A DNA stretch of 64,000 nt from Gemmatimonadaceae bacterium (GCA_051859245.1 JBHYGA010000001.1:576001-640000); one strand, 5' to 3'. Counted from the first letter of the stretch, positions 47,997 to 58,438 are shown. Notes: generated by a model not told the origin, from the letters alone. A program made the numbers and translations.

Positions 47997-48545
47997 ATGG
48001 CTTACCGCACTGATCGTGCGCGCGTGGCAATGATGCTGGTTGTGGGCACCGCGCTTGGCGCTTGCCATCACGCGGTCCCGGTCACGGGCGCGCTCGTCAC
48101 CCCGCCCATTGAATCGCTCTCGCTCGTACTGCCCCTGAATGAAGCCGAGTCGGTGCGACAGCTGCGCAAGGCGATTTTTGAGGCCGGCCTGCAGACCACG
48201 GCACAGCATGAGGCCGAGCGTTGGGTGCGTGTGGACATGGGCAGCGATCTCACCGACGAATCGCTCGTTCGGCAGTGGCACGCGTTCTTGCGCTACGATC
48301 CCATGCCCTGGGGGCGCACCATGATTTCGTTGCGCGCCGTGGAAATGCGCACGCACCTCATGAAGAGTGAGCGTACCGGGTCTCGAGTGGCCGCACGCAG
48401 TCAGATGGTGATGGTCTCGGACCAATCAACGGGGCTCGCGCAGCAGGCCTGGCAGCGCCTCGAGCAGATTGCCGCCGAGCTGGTGGAGGCCGGTGCCGAA
48501 TCGCTGAACGAGTCGGGGCCTCGCACGGCGGTGATTCGGCGGTAG
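47997..48545 (+). CDS. Hypothetical lipoprotein
   Basis: RBS ggagg; LGAC lipobox. Confidence 0.7.
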   Translation: MAYRTDRARVAMMLVVGTALGACHHAVPVTGALVTPPIESLSLVLPLNEAESVRQLRKAIFEAGLQTTAQHEAERWVRVDMGSDLTDESLVRQWHAFLRYDPMPWGRTMISLRAVEMRTHLMKSERTGSRVAARSQMVMVSDQSTGLAQQAWQRLEQIAAELVEAGAESLNESGPRTAVIRR

Positions 48546-48554
48546 TCGCCGCGA

Positions 48555-49055
48555 TCAGCACTTCCCCTGCTTGTGCGCGATCGGCTCACACGTGAAGGCG
48601 CCATCGCGCCACAAGCCGAGTCGCTCGCGCCGAGCGGTTGCGACAGCAGCGCGCACCGCCTCAACGTCGCGCACGTTTGGGGGAAAGACCACGGCCACGG
48701 CCCAGCCATCTCTGGCCTGGGCCACGTTGATCTGTTCGCCGCCCACCGGCGCGGTGTACGCATAGGCAAGCGTTCGCCCGTACCGGTCTTCGCGCTGTAC
48801 ATCGAACTCGAGCCACACCGTGCTTCCGCGCGGCATGCGTGAGCGGAGGGCATCGCGTGACTGCGTGCCAAACGGCGCCTGATCCATTTCAGGCGCGTCC
48901 AGCAGCAGCAATCGCACACGCTGCTCATTGGTACAGCGAAACGAATCACCGTCGGAGACGTCGGCAACTTCGCATGGTTCACGCGACGATTCGACCGCCG
49001 GTGCGCAGCCAGCGAGCAGGCCGAACGCGAGGATGGCGCGCGTTGCGTACTTCAT
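48555..49055 (-). CDS. Thermonuclease (SNase) family lipoprotein
   Basis: LAGC lipobox; VSDGDS, VRLLLLDAPE, DRYGRTLAY, ARRERLGLW. Confidence 0.92.
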   Translation of the reverse strand: MKYATRAILAFGLLAGCAPAVESSREPCEVADVSDGDSFRCTNEQRVRLLLLDAPEMDQAPFGTQSRDALRSRMPRGSTVWLEFDVQREDRYGRTLAYAYTAPVGGEQINVAQARDGWAVAVVFPPNVRDVEAVRAAVATARRERLGLWRDGAFTCEPIAHKQGKC

Positions 49056-49879
49056 AACCACCCGCGCAGCCTGTACACGAACAAGCCCACGGCCTCGTGC
49101 AGCGCGGCACGTGTCACGAACAGTCGCGCTCCCGGTGTACCCAGTCGAGAGTAGGTGACATTGCGCGGTGTGGACGGCGCGCACATCACACTCACGCCGG
49201 TCGCTTCCAGCGTTTCGCAGGCACGTCGCGCGTGCAGCGGATCCGTGGTCGCACGCAGTCGTGTCCAGCCGCGCGTGCGCGCCAACGCTGCGAAGGCGAG
49301 GCTTTCATCATGCGTATTGCGCACGTTGCTCACGGTGTGCAGTGTCACGGCGCCGCCGAGCAATGCGACCAGTCGCGTTTGATCCTGCTGCGTCGTCACT
49401 ACGCGTCCATCGATCACGCGCGTTTGCACAGACACCACGAGATCGCGAATGCCCAGCCGCTTGGCATCTTCCATTGCGCTCACGAGTCGCGAGAGTGCGA
49501 TGTCGCCAATTTCGCCGGCGTCTGTCATGGCGCCGCTGTACACCACAATGGCATCGGTCGGCGCGCCGGCGGCGTCGGCTCGCAGCAGCGAGAGTGCCGG
49601 TCGTTCAACGAGGGGTGTGTACAACACGATCAGCAGCAGGAACATGGCCGCCATCGCGGTAAACCAGAGCCAGCGGGCGAAGCGGGTTGGCGCAATCAGC
49701 GCGCCGAGTACAAGCGCACCCAAGCGGAGTGTGTTTGGGCTAAGCGCGGTCGCATCAGATAAACCGAGCGTGAGCGCCACTTCCATTGTGCCAAACGCGA
49801 GCGCTGCGCCGGCTACGCGCACAGGCCAGCCGGACAAACGTCCGGCTGGCATAACCTCATGCACTGGACTGCTATTCAC
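49052..49879 (-). CDS. YdcF/DUF218 (ElyC/SanA-like) membrane protein
   Basis: N-terminal TM helices; DAIVVY, RNTHDE, TTDPLHARRA, LHEAVG..YRLRGW. Confidence 0.85.
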   Translation of the reverse strand: MNSSPVHEVMPAGRLSGWPVRVAGAALAFGTMEVALTLGLSDATALSPNTLRLGALVLGALIAPTRFARWLWFTAMAAMFLLLIVLYTPLVERPALSLLRADAAGAPTDAIVVYSGAMTDAGEIGDIALSRLVSAMEDAKRLGIRDLVVSVQTRVIDGRVVTTQQDQTRLVALLGGAVTLHTVSNVRNTHDESLAFAALARTRGWTRLRATTDPLHARRACETLEATGVSVMCAPSTPRNVTYSRLGTPGARLFVTRAALHEAVGLFVYRLRGWL

Positions 49880-51954
49880 TCCTGCGAGATCGGTCCGCCG
49901 CCAGGCTTGCCTGGCGGGGCAGTCCAGCGATCAAACCAACTGCGCAGGAATGCCTGCGTGCGCAGAAAGTTGGAGGGCGTCGAACTGGTGCCGTGCCACT
50001 CGTTGTTGAAGCGCACCATCGCGGTGGGCACCTTCAAGACTTTGAGCGCTTCGTAATACTCCTCCGTCTGCGCCATCGGCGTGCGCAAATCGTTCACGCC
50101 GGTCATGAGCATGGTGGGTGTACGCACATTGCCCACGTACATGAGCGGCGAGCGACGCAAGTGTTCCGACGGATCGTCCCACGGAAACTTCTCAAAGTTG
50201 CGATACCACGTGGGACCATCTGTTGTGCCCACAAAGCTGAACCAGTTGGTCACGGGACAGTTGGCGCTTGCCGCTGCAAACCGATTGGTGTGACCAACAA
50301 TCCAGCTCGTGAGCACGCCACCGCCCGAACAGCCAAACACGTAAAGCCGATTCGTGTCGATGTATCCTCGGCCAATCACCGAATCCACACCGGCCATGAG
50401 GTCATCGTAGTCTTTGCCGGGATACGCATTCTTGATGGCGTTACCGAACGCCGAACCGTATCCGGTGGAACCGCGCGGGTTGGTGTACAGCAGCACAAAC
50501 CCGTGCGCCGCGTGATCCTGTCGCGCAAAGCTGAAGCCCACGTTGTACATCGAGTGCGGTCCGCCGTGAATCTCCAGCATCAGCGGATACTTCTTTGACG
50601 GATCAAAGTCAGGTGGTTTGACAATCCACCCCTGAATACGAAAACCGTCGACCGATGTGTACCAGATTTCTTCCGTTGTCGCGAGCTCTTTGCCCGCGAG
50701 CAAATCAGCATTGATGTTCGTAAGCGTGTTGATCTTGTCGGGCGTACGCACATCAAAGGCCACGATGTCGGCGGGCAACATGGGCGTGCTGCGTGTGCCG
50801 ACCACCAGCCCGGTCTTGCTCATGTCGTTGGCCGACAACATATGCGCACCCTTCGTCACCACACGGTGCTGACCGGTGATTGACACATAGTGCAAGTTGC
50901 TTGCGCCTTCGCTCTGCACCGTGAAGTACACACCGCGATTGTCCGCCGCCCACGTCAGGCCACTCGGTGAGCGATCCAGATCCGCAGTGAGTACGCGCGA
51001 GTTGGTGCCGTCGGCATTCATCAGGTACAGCGCAGCGTCTTTCCACGTTGCGTCGGTGGAATCGTAGCCGGTGTACGCGATGTAGCGACCATCGGGTGAC
51101 GGCACCGGGTTGCCGTCGGGGCCACGACGCGTGGTCAGCTGGCGTACCGTTCCGCTGGCTACGTCAACGCGATAGATGTCTGATTCACGCCACGCGTATT
51201 CCCATTCAGGATCGCGATTGGCCGAGAGCAACAGCGCCAGACCATCCGGTGTCCACGTGCCACCCGTGTGATTCCAATCGCCACTCGTGATCTGGCGCGG
51301 TGTGCCGCCATCGGCCGAGACAATGAACTGGTGCGTGAATCCGTCGGGCAGAAAGCCCTGACGATCCGCACGATAGCGCACCTTGGTCACCACGCGCGGC
51401 GGCTCTGTCCACTTCGCACCTTTCGGCGCAGGGGGCAATGCGAGATTCCAATTCTCACGCTGCGGAACCTGCATCTCAAATGCGATGTGTCCGCCGTCTG
51501 GGGACCAGTTGATGTCGCTTGGTGATTCTACCAGCCGCGTGATCTGCGATGTTGCACCTTCGGCATCCATCCATCGCACAAAGATCTGCGAACCGCCAGG
51601 CTCGCCCGGTGCGAGATACGCGATGCGCGTGCCGTCTGGAGACCAACGTGGATTCGAGCCCTTCGTGAGGAACCGGTTGCGTGATCCGTCCACGTTCATC
51701 AGCCACAACGCCGACTCACGTTTGTCATTGACCGCGTCAATCCATGATCGCGTGTACAGAATCTGCCGGCCATCTGGCGAGAGCAGCGGATTGTTCACGT
51801 CTTGCCAGTTCATGTAATCGGCAATCGTGAGTCGATCCGGACCCGGCGCACTGGCGCGCGTGCTCTGCGCCAGCACCATTGGAGCCGAGAGCAACGTGAG
51901 TGTTACCGCGAAAGCGGAATGGCACTGACGCAATGAGGGGAATGACGCGAACAT
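49876..51954 (-). CDS. S9-family serine peptidase with WD40/TolB-like propeller
   Basis: RBS ggagg; signal peptide; WSPDG repeats; IHGGPH, NPRGSTGYG, GCSGGG, DLRTP, EWHG. Confidence 0.93.
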   Translation of the reverse strand: MFASFPSLRQCHSAFAVTLTLLSAPMVLAQSTRASAPGPDRLTIADYMNWQDVNNPLLSPDGRQILYTRSWIDAVNDKRESALWLMNVDGSRNRFLTKGSNPRWSPDGTRIAYLAPGEPGGSQIFVRWMDAEGATSQITRLVESPSDINWSPDGGHIAFEMQVPQRENWNLALPPAPKGAKWTEPPRVVTKVRYRADRQGFLPDGFTHQFIVSADGGTPRQITSGDWNHTGGTWTPDGLALLLSANRDPEWEYAWRESDIYRVDVASGTVRQLTTRRGPDGNPVPSPDGRYIAYTGYDSTDATWKDAALYLMNADGTNSRVLTADLDRSPSGLTWAADNRGVYFTVQSEGASNLHYVSITGQHRVVTKGAHMLSANDMSKTGLVVGTRSTPMLPADIVAFDVRTPDKINTLTNINADLLAGKELATTEEIWYTSVDGFRIQGWIVKPPDFDPSKKYPLMLEIHGGPHSMYNVGFSFARQDHAAHGFVLLYTNPRGSTGYGSAFGNAIKNAYPGKDYDDLMAGVDSVIGRGYIDTNRLYVFGCSGGGVLTSWIVGHTNRFAAASANCPVTNWFSFVGTTDGPTWYRNFEKFPWDDPSEHLRRSPLMYVGNVRTPTMLMTGVNDLRTPMAQTEEYYEALKVLKVPTAMVRFNNEWHGTSSTPSNFLRTQAFLRSWFDRWTAPPGKPGGGPISQE

Positions 51955-52034
51955 CGGTTCCTCCGTAGACGGAAAACGGGGACGGTACAGCGCACGGCAG
52001 AGTGCGAGGCGGGACCTGCTACTTCGAGGAGAGA

Positions 52035-52406
52035 CTAATCGCCGCGGTAGACCACACGGAAACCACCGGTCTCTGAAATCTCCACGGCCGAGAGCGACGG
52101 AACGTTGGTACGCAGCGCCTTCCAGATCCAGAGCGCGAGATGTTCGCTTGTGGGATTTTCGAGGCCCGGGACCTCGTTCAGCAGGCGATGGTCGAGCGCG
52201 TTGTGCACGGGTGCCCAGGCGGTGGCGAGATCGGCAAAATCGACCACCCAACCACTATCTGGATCGATGGCGCCACGAACCACGAGTCGCACGCCAAAGG
52301 TGTGGCCGTGCAAGCGGCCGCAGGGATGGCCTTCGCTCACATTCGGGAGTCGCCGCGCGCTGGCCAGCGTAAAGTCGGCGGACAACTCAGCCACCGGTGC
52401 ACCCAC
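52035..52406 (-). CDS. queD: 6-carboxy-5,6,7,8-tetrahydropterin synthase
   Basis: HPCGRLHGH, GWVVDF, LDHRLLN, LENPTSE, ET. Confidence 0.92.
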   Translation of the reverse strand: MGAPVAELSADFTLASARRLPNVSEGHPCGRLHGHTFGVRLVVRGAIDPDSGWVVDFADLATAWAPVHNALDHRLLNEVPGLENPTSEHLALWIWKALRTNVPSLSAVEISETGGFRVVYRGD

Positions 52407-52411
52407 GGAGG

Positions 52412-53092
52412 TCAGGGCCGCTTGTCCGTGAGCGAGTCACGCATCGAATCGAGATACGCGAACACGCTGTCGTATCGCGCCGCGACAAAGTCACCATCGA
52501 CCAATCGGCGCACGCCTTTCCACTGGCGTACGAGCGAGGAGCGCGTTTCGTCGAGTGAACTCTCGATCACCTGCCGCCGCGACGTGCTGGCGTGCACAAA
52601 CCGTCCTTCGCCCACGTACATGCCGACATGTGTGATGCGCGAGCCGGTGCCGAAGGTGAGCAAGTCACCCGGCTTCATCTGCGTGCGATCTTTCGGGATC
52701 GCCCGGCCGGCACGAGCCTGCTCCTGTGCCGTTCGCGGAAGCGAGATGTCAATGGCGCCAAGCACGTACTTGATCAGCGCGCTGCAATCGAATCCGCGCT
52801 CGGGATCGTTGCCGCCAAGTACGTAGCGAATGCCCATCGCGCTGCGTGCCCGTGCCACCACAGAATCACGAAGCGCGGTGACCGACGCAGCGAGGGCTGT
52901 GAAGGCCCGGGGCCGCGCCACATCAATGGCGACTTTGGGAATGGCCGAGAGATTCGTTTCGGCGGCCGAGACTCGGCTCGCTCCTGAGGTCGACGCTCCG
53001 TTCTGCGCAGACGCGGTAGTCGCCGTCAGCGTGACGACAACCGCGAGAGCGGCGCAGGACAAAACATGACGCTGGCGTGCAGAAGAAGGCAC
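52412..53092 (-). CDS. NlpC/P60 (C40) cell-wall peptidase
   Basis: Signal peptide; GIRYVLGG..GFDCS, LPRTA, PGDLL.F, HVGMY, FVHAS. Confidence 0.93.
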   Translation of the reverse strand: MPSSARQRHVLSCAALAVVVTLTATTASAQNGASTSGASRVSAAETNLSAIPKVAIDVARPRAFTALAASVTALRDSVVARARSAMGIRYVLGGNDPERGFDCSALIKYVLGAIDISLPRTAQEQARAGRAIPKDRTQMKPGDLLTFGTGSRITHVGMYVGEGRFVHASTSRRQVIESSLDETRSSLVRQWKGVRRLVDGDFVAARYDSVFAYLDSMRDSLTDKRP

Positions 53093-53215
53093 GTCGAAGC
53101 GGAGGGTCGCAAGGTGAATGAGTCAGAAGGCGCTGCTCCAAGGGGTCTACTCCTCAGGTAGCACGCCGTAACGATGTGATAACGTACAGTCCGAACGCGC
53201 GTGGCGCGAGGGCGA

Positions 53216-53548
53216 TTACCCGATCGCCTTCTCCAGCATCACTTTTGTGACTTTCCGGTGTGACCCGTGCCACAGGGGCTGGCCGTCGCGGAACACAATG
53301 GTCTGCGGAGATTCGTGCCGGATCCCCAGTACCGCCTCAATGGCGTTCGAAAGCGTTCGCTGGCCGAGCACGTCCACAACCTGCACCGGGACATCGGGAT
53401 TGTCGGAGCTGAACGCCTTCACTTCTTCCATGGCAATGGCCGAGAGGCCGCACGCCGGGCTGTGCTTGAACAGGACGATCGTTGACGCATCGGACATTCG
53501 CGCACGCCACTCGGTGGCGTCCGCATCTGGAAATCGAACAATAGGCAT
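53216..53548 (-). CDS. ytxJ: YtxJ-like monothiol thioredoxin-fold protein (DUF2847)
   Basis: LFKHSPACGLS and GIRHESPQ..WHGSH. Confidence 0.85.
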   Translation of the reverse strand: MPIVRFPDADATEWRARMSDASTIVLFKHSPACGLSAIAMEEVKAFSSDNPDVPVQVVDVLGQRTLSNAIEAVLGIRHESPQTIVFRDGQPLWHGSHRKVTKVMLEKAIG

Positions 53549-53678
53549 ATTTATAGGTGTCGACCGGAACGTTTCCGATCTGAACGTGATACGCAAAAGG
53601 AATCGAATACCCTTTGATGTGCGCGCTACCGTCACAATGTGGCGAAGCCGTCTACTTTGAGACCCCGGACCTCTCCCC

Positions 53679-54302
53679 TTGAGCCATCGCGCCCCGCTGT
53701 TTCGTGTCTGGTTGGCCGTCCTCGTGATGCTCGGCACCGCGAGCGCCGCGCGCGCGCAGGACCTCAACAAGCTCGGACATGTGATCGGCTCTGCTTCAGC
53801 GCCGGTCGAGGTCATTGAGTTCCTCGACTTTGGGTGCCTGCAATGTGCGCGCTTCACCGAGCTCACGTTTGGCATGGTGGAGGAGGAGTTCATCCGCACC
53901 GGGCAGGTGCGGTGGCGCTCCGTGCCGTTTGTCGGAGGCGGATTCCGGCACTCGGCCTTCGCCGCGGAAGCCGCCGAGTGCGCGGCCGAGCAGAACAAGT
54001 ACTTCGTGATGCATGACTCGCTGCTATCGCGGCAGCGCGAGTGGGGCGGGCTGGGCAAGCCGGGGCCAGCATTGCTGGTCATCGCACAATCCGCAGGGGT
54101 GGACACCGCGCGATTCAATGCCTGTGTTCGCAGCGAGCGCACGCGGGACCGCGTACGAGAACACAAGGCCGCTGCGCTCGCACTGCGCGTGTACGGCACC
54201 CCCACCTTTTTCCTGCAGCGCGAGACGCGCTTGCTCGGCGCGATCCCCACCGCGCAGTTCCGGGACATCCTCAAGGCGGCGCTCGCGGCGGCCAAGCCGT
54301 AG
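53679..54302 (+). CDS. DsbA-family thiol-disulfide oxidoreductase
   Basis: Signal peptide; G...APVEVIEFLDFGCLQC; AAECAAEQ; VYGTPTFF. Confidence 0.9.
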   Translation: MSHRAPLFRVWLAVLVMLGTASAARAQDLNKLGHVIGSASAPVEVIEFLDFGCLQCARFTELTFGMVEEEFIRTGQVRWRSVPFVGGGFRHSAFAAEAAECAAEQNKYFVMHDSLLSRQREWGGLGKPGPALLVIAQSAGVDTARFNACVRSERTRDRVREHKAAALALRVYGTPTFFLQRETRLLGAIPTAQFRDILKAALAAAKP

Positions 54303-54382
54303 TCGTTGGAGGGAGGAATCGGTTCTCGCGAGATCGGCGCCGTGCGCGTAGACTTGCCCGCGAACCCTTAACCCTCCCCACC

Positions 54383-57300
54383 GTGTTGCCACGCTCCATT
54401 CGCGCCCTCGGATTCGGCGCTGCCGGCTTTGGCGCTGTCGCTCTGGGCGCGCTGCTCACCGCGCCCCTCGCGTCCCCCGTTCACGCGCAGATCATTCCCG
54501 ACTCGGCGACCCGGTCAGCACTGCGCTGGCGCTCCGTGGGTCCGGCGAACATGGCCGGCCGCATTACGTCGATCGCCGTGCATCCGGGCAATCACAAGGT
54601 CTTTTACGTGGCCGGTGCAACCGGTGGCGTGTGGAAGACGGTGAACTCGGGCACCACGTTCTTCCCCGTCTGGGAAGACGGTCCGATTGCGTCGCTGGGC
54701 GACATTGCGATCGCGCCCAGCAATCCTGACATCGTGTGGCTCGGTACGGGCGAAGAAGATTCACGCAACTCCGTTGCGCCTGGCTACGGCGTGTACAAGA
54801 GCACCAACGGAGGGGTGTCGTGGCAGTCGATGGGGCTCGAGAAAACGCAGCACATTGGCCGCATCGTTATTCATCCGACCAATCCAGACATCGTGTACAT
54901 CGCCGCGCTTGGTGCGTTGTGGGGCACGAATGCCGAGCGCGGGCTCTACAAGACCACCGACGGCGGCAAAACGTGGACGCTGTCAAAGTTCATCAGTGAG
55001 CGCGCTGGTTTCGTGGACGTGGTCATGGACCCACGCGATCCGAATGTGTTGTACGCCTCGAGCTGGGAGCGCATTCGAAAGCCGAGTTCGTTCAAGAGCG
55101 GTGGGCCCGGGTCGGCGCTGTGGAAGACGACGGACGGCGGTGCGACATGGAAGGAGATTTCCGGGGGCGGATTCCCGGCCACGATGAAGGGCCGCATCAC
55201 GATCAAACTCGCGCCGTCGAATCCGGATGTGGTGTACGCGATGGTCGAGGCGGATTCGGTCAAGGGCGCCAAGCCATCGCTGTTGTTGAGCGGACTCTAT
55301 CGTTCGGCAGACGCAGGCGCATCATGGAAGTGGATGAACACCGAGAATCGGCGTCCGTTCTATTTCTCCGAGTTTGCCGTTGATCCGAAGAACGCCGACC
55401 GCCTGTATCGTCTGGCCGTTGCGTTTCACTCATCAGACGACGGCGGCAACTCGTGGCGTGCGGGTATGCTCGGCATTCACGAGGACTATCACGCGATGTG
55501 GATCAACCCGAACGATCCCGATCACTTCCTGGTGGGCGGTGACGCGGGATTGTTTCAGACCTACGATCGTGGCGGCACGTACGACGCACTGAACAACATG
55601 GTGATGTCGCAGTTCTATGGCATCAGCTATGACTACCTGGTGCCGTATCGCGTGTGTGGTGGCATGCAGGACAACGGCACGTCGTGCGCCATCACACGTC
55701 GTCGCGGCGGACAGCTACAAATGACAGACTGGTTTGCCTTGTTTGCGGCAGACGGGTTGCAGTCGGCGCAGAATCCGTTCAATCCGGACATTGTGTACTT
55801 CGAATCGCAGGGCGGCAATCTCATGCGTCGCGATCTGGGTACGGGAGAGTTGCTGCGCTTGCGTCCGCGCACGCTCACGCGCGCGAACTATGCGCCGCAG
55901 ATCGCCGCGATTCAGCGCGTTGCCGAAGGTCGCAAGCTGAGCGCGGAAGAGCAGGGGAGGCTCAACGCGCTGCGTGCCCGCATGAAGGATGAGCTCAGCG
56001 ATCCACAGGTGGCGACCCGCTGGAACTGGAACACGCCGTTCATTCTGTCGCGTCACGACGCGAATGTGTTTTATGCGGGCGCAGAAAAGCTGTTCAAGTC
56101 TGTGAAGGGCGGTGTCGATCTGCTGGCGATTTCGCCCGATCTGTCAACGGCCGACGAAAACGTGCTTCGCATTACCACCGGCTTTGATGCACTTGGCAAC
56201 CCGGCGCCAGACGCCACGGGCGGCATCACGCGCGACGCGACCGGTGCGGAAGAAAACGCCACGATCGTGACGATTGGTGAGTCGCCGATTGTGCCGGGCA
56301 TGCTGTACGTTGGCACCAGCGATGGCAACGTGTGGCTTACGCGAAACGATGGCGGAGCGTGGGAATCACTCACCGGTCGCTTTGCGGGCGTGCCGCGTGG
56401 TACGTACGTGAGTCGTGTGGAAGCGTCGCGTCATGATTCCGGCACGGTGTACGTGTCGTTCGACAATCATCGCGAGAATGACTTTACGCCGTACCTGTTT
56501 GTCTCGCGTGACTACGGTAAAACGTTCACGTCGCTCGCCGCGGGCATTCCCCGCGATCGTCCGAACACCGTGTATGTCGTGCGTGAAGATCCCGTGAACA
56601 AGGATCTTTTGTACATCGGCACAGAGCTGGGCGCGTCGGCATCGCTCGACGCGGGACAAACATGGTTCGCCCTGCGCGAAAACCTGCCCACGGTGCCCGT
56701 GTATGATTTGCAAGTGCATCCGCGTGACCGTGAACTCATTGCCGGAACCCATGGTCGCGGTGTGCAGATTCTTGATGTCGCACCGCTGCAGCAGCTCACG
56801 AGCAGCGTGATGAACAAGGCCGTGCATGTGTTTGAGCCCGCACCAGCGTTTCAATACGGACAGCTGCCCGCTCCGTCAGAGCAACGCGCGCAGCGCGGCT
56901 GGAAATCGGATGGTGGACCCAACGGCGCCGTGATCGCGTATCGCCTGTCGGTTCCGGTCTCGGGGGCAGTGCGCGTGCTGGTGCTGAGCGCGGGCGGTGA
57001 TACACTGGCACGCATCAACGGAGCGAATACCGCCGGTCTGCATCGCGTGGAGTGGAACATGCAAACAGCCGGCGGATTCGGTGGCGGTTTTGGCGGTGGT
57101 CGCGGTGCGTTGATTCCGGGTGCGCCGGTTGAGGGCTTCCCGCCGGGCTACAACCCGCGTCCAGCCGAAGCGCGCGGCGTCGCCGACAGCAGCGCGAATC
57201 CGAGTTCGGTGCAGCGTCGTCTTGCCGCGGCACCGGCACAGACCGGTGGCGGTGGTGGCGGCGGCGGTGGTGGTGGTGGTTTTGGCGGCGGTGCACCGCG

Positions 57301-57424
57301 CGCGGTAGATACCGGTGAATATCGTGTGGTGCTCGACGCTGGCGGACAAACCAGCAGTACGGTGTTGCGCGTGCAGCGCGTGGGACCTTCGGATCGTGCC
57401 GTGATGGTGCCAGCGGTTCGCTAA
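54383..57424 (+). CDS. Secreted BNR/VPS10-type beta-propeller protein
   Basis: Signal peptide VHA/Q; WRSVGPANMAGRI; many (S/T)xDGGxxW Asp-boxes; GTHGRG; Gly-rich tail. Confidence 0.9.
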   Translation: MLPRSIRALGFGAAGFGAVALGALLTAPLASPVHAQIIPDSATRSALRWRSVGPANMAGRITSIAVHPGNHKVFYVAGATGGVWKTVNSGTTFFPVWEDGPIASLGDIAIAPSNPDIVWLGTGEEDSRNSVAPGYGVYKSTNGGVSWQSMGLEKTQHIGRIVIHPTNPDIVYIAALGALWGTNAERGLYKTTDGGKTWTLSKFISERAGFVDVVMDPRDPNVLYASSWERIRKPSSFKSGGPGSALWKTTDGGATWKEISGGGFPATMKGRITIKLAPSNPDVVYAMVEADSVKGAKPSLLLSGLYRSADAGASWKWMNTENRRPFYFSEFAVDPKNADRLYRLAVAFHSSDDGGNSWRAGMLGIHEDYHAMWINPNDPDHFLVGGDAGLFQTYDRGGTYDALNNMVMSQFYGISYDYLVPYRVCGGMQDNGTSCAITRRRGGQLQMTDWFALFAADGLQSAQNPFNPDIVYFESQGGNLMRRDLGTGELLRLRPRTLTRANYAPQIAAIQRVAEGRKLSAEEQGRLNALRARMKDELSDPQVATRWNWNTPFILSRHDANVFYAGAEKLFKSVKGGVDLLAISPDLSTADENVLRITTGFDALGNPAPDATGGITRDATGAEENATIVTIGESPIVPGMLYVGTSDGNVWLTRNDGGAWESLTGRFAGVPRGTYVSRVEASRHDSGTVYVSFDNHRENDFTPYLFVSRDYGKTFTSLAAGIPRDRPNTVYVVREDPVNKDLLYIGTELGASASLDAGQTWFALRENLPTVPVYDLQVHPRDRELIAGTHGRGVQILDVAPLQQLTSSVMNKAVHVFEPAPAFQYGQLPAPSEQRAQRGWKSDGGPNGAVIAYRLSVPVSGAVRVLVLSAGGDTLARINGANTAGLHRVEWNMQTAGGFGGGFGGGRGALIPGAPVEGFPPGYNPRPAEARGVADSSANPSSVQRRLAAAPAQTGGGGGGGGGGGGFGGGAPRAVDTGEYRVVLDAGGQTSSTVLRVQRVGPSDRAVMVPAVR

Positions 57425-57481
57425 CGCAAACAGCGCGTACGCTCGCCGTCACGTGATTTTTCCTCTTCCATCCCTCGTCTC

Positions 57482-58438
57482 ATGAATGAACGAACTGCGC
57501 AATTCATTGTGAACATCGCCGCCATCGCCGCGCTTGCTGACGGCGAGCACGACGAACGGGAACAACAGGCCGTGGCAGACGTGGCCACGCGTCTTGGTGT
57601 TCCACTCGAGGAATTTGTGCTGGCCGACGGCGACAGCGCGCCAATGGCCGCGGCGCAGGTTGCGCGCAGCTTGATGACAGAAGAAGCACGCGTCACGGCC
57701 TATCGCGTGGCACTCGCCGTATGCCACGCGGATGGATACGCGAACACGCGCGAGACGCTATTTCTGCAGAGTCTCGCGCGTTCCCTCGATATTGACCCGG
57801 CCAAGTATGATGCCGAGTCGTCGACCACAAAACGGGCGATCGATACGTGGTTGTACGGCAGCGCCACGCCGTCTGGTGGAACACCGCTGATCGGCGCGCA
57901 GCAGAGCGCCGAAAAGATCGGCGGTTCCACGGACGAGTTCATTCTCAATCAGGCCATGCTGTCGGCGGCGCTTGAACTGCTGCCCGATCGACTGGCGAAT
58001 CTCGGTATTCTGCCGCTCCAGGTGCGACTCGTGCACATCATCGGCCAGCAAAGCGGCCAGGCGACGGATGGTGTGCAAGTGAAAGAGTTGATTGCGACAC
58101 TCGGCGTTGGTGTGGCGGCGCAGGCGATTGAATCGGTGGTACGCAAAACGTTTGGCGGGCTGGCTGGTGGATTACTCGGCGGCTTGCTGGGCGGTGCCGC
58201 CGGCATGGCCGCGGGTGGCGCGGTTACGTTTGCCACGACCTACGCGTTGGGGCACGCGGCGCAACAGTACTACGCGCAGGGACGCAGCATGTCGACCGCC
58301 GATTTCAAGGCGTTGTTCTCGCGATTGAAGGCGGATGGCACCACGATGTACCCGAGAGTGCAGCAACGCGTGCGTGAAATCGCCAGCGGCAACTCGTTGC
58401 AGTCCATCATACAATCTGTTCGCGGAGAAATGGCGTAA
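57482..58438 (+). CDS. TerB-like domain protein fused to a DUF697/YcjF-like C-terminal domain
   Basis: AALADGEHDERE and VCHADG..RE TerB motifs; ILPLQVRLV..IG; glycine zipper; FATTYALG. Confidence 0.75.
   Translation: MNERTAQFIVNIAAIAALADGEHDEREQQAVADVATRLGVPLEEFVLADGDSAPMAAAQVARSLMTEEARVTAYRVALAVCHADGYANTRETLFLQSLARSLDIDPAKYDAESSTTKRAIDTWLYGSATPSGGTPLIGAQQSAEKIGGSTDEFILNQAMLSAALELLPDRLANLGILPLQVRLVHIIGQQSGQATDGVQVKELIATLGVGVAAQAIESVVRKTFGGLAGGLLGGLLGGAAGMAAGGAVTFATTYALGHAAQQYYAQGRSMSTADFKALFSRLKADGTTMYPRVQQRVREIASGNSLQSIIQSVRGEMA

Noticed and set aside
53549..54295. Long N-terminal extension of the 53216-54295 ORF
   Set aside because: Antisense to dsbA; YtxJ homology begins at the ATG at 53548.
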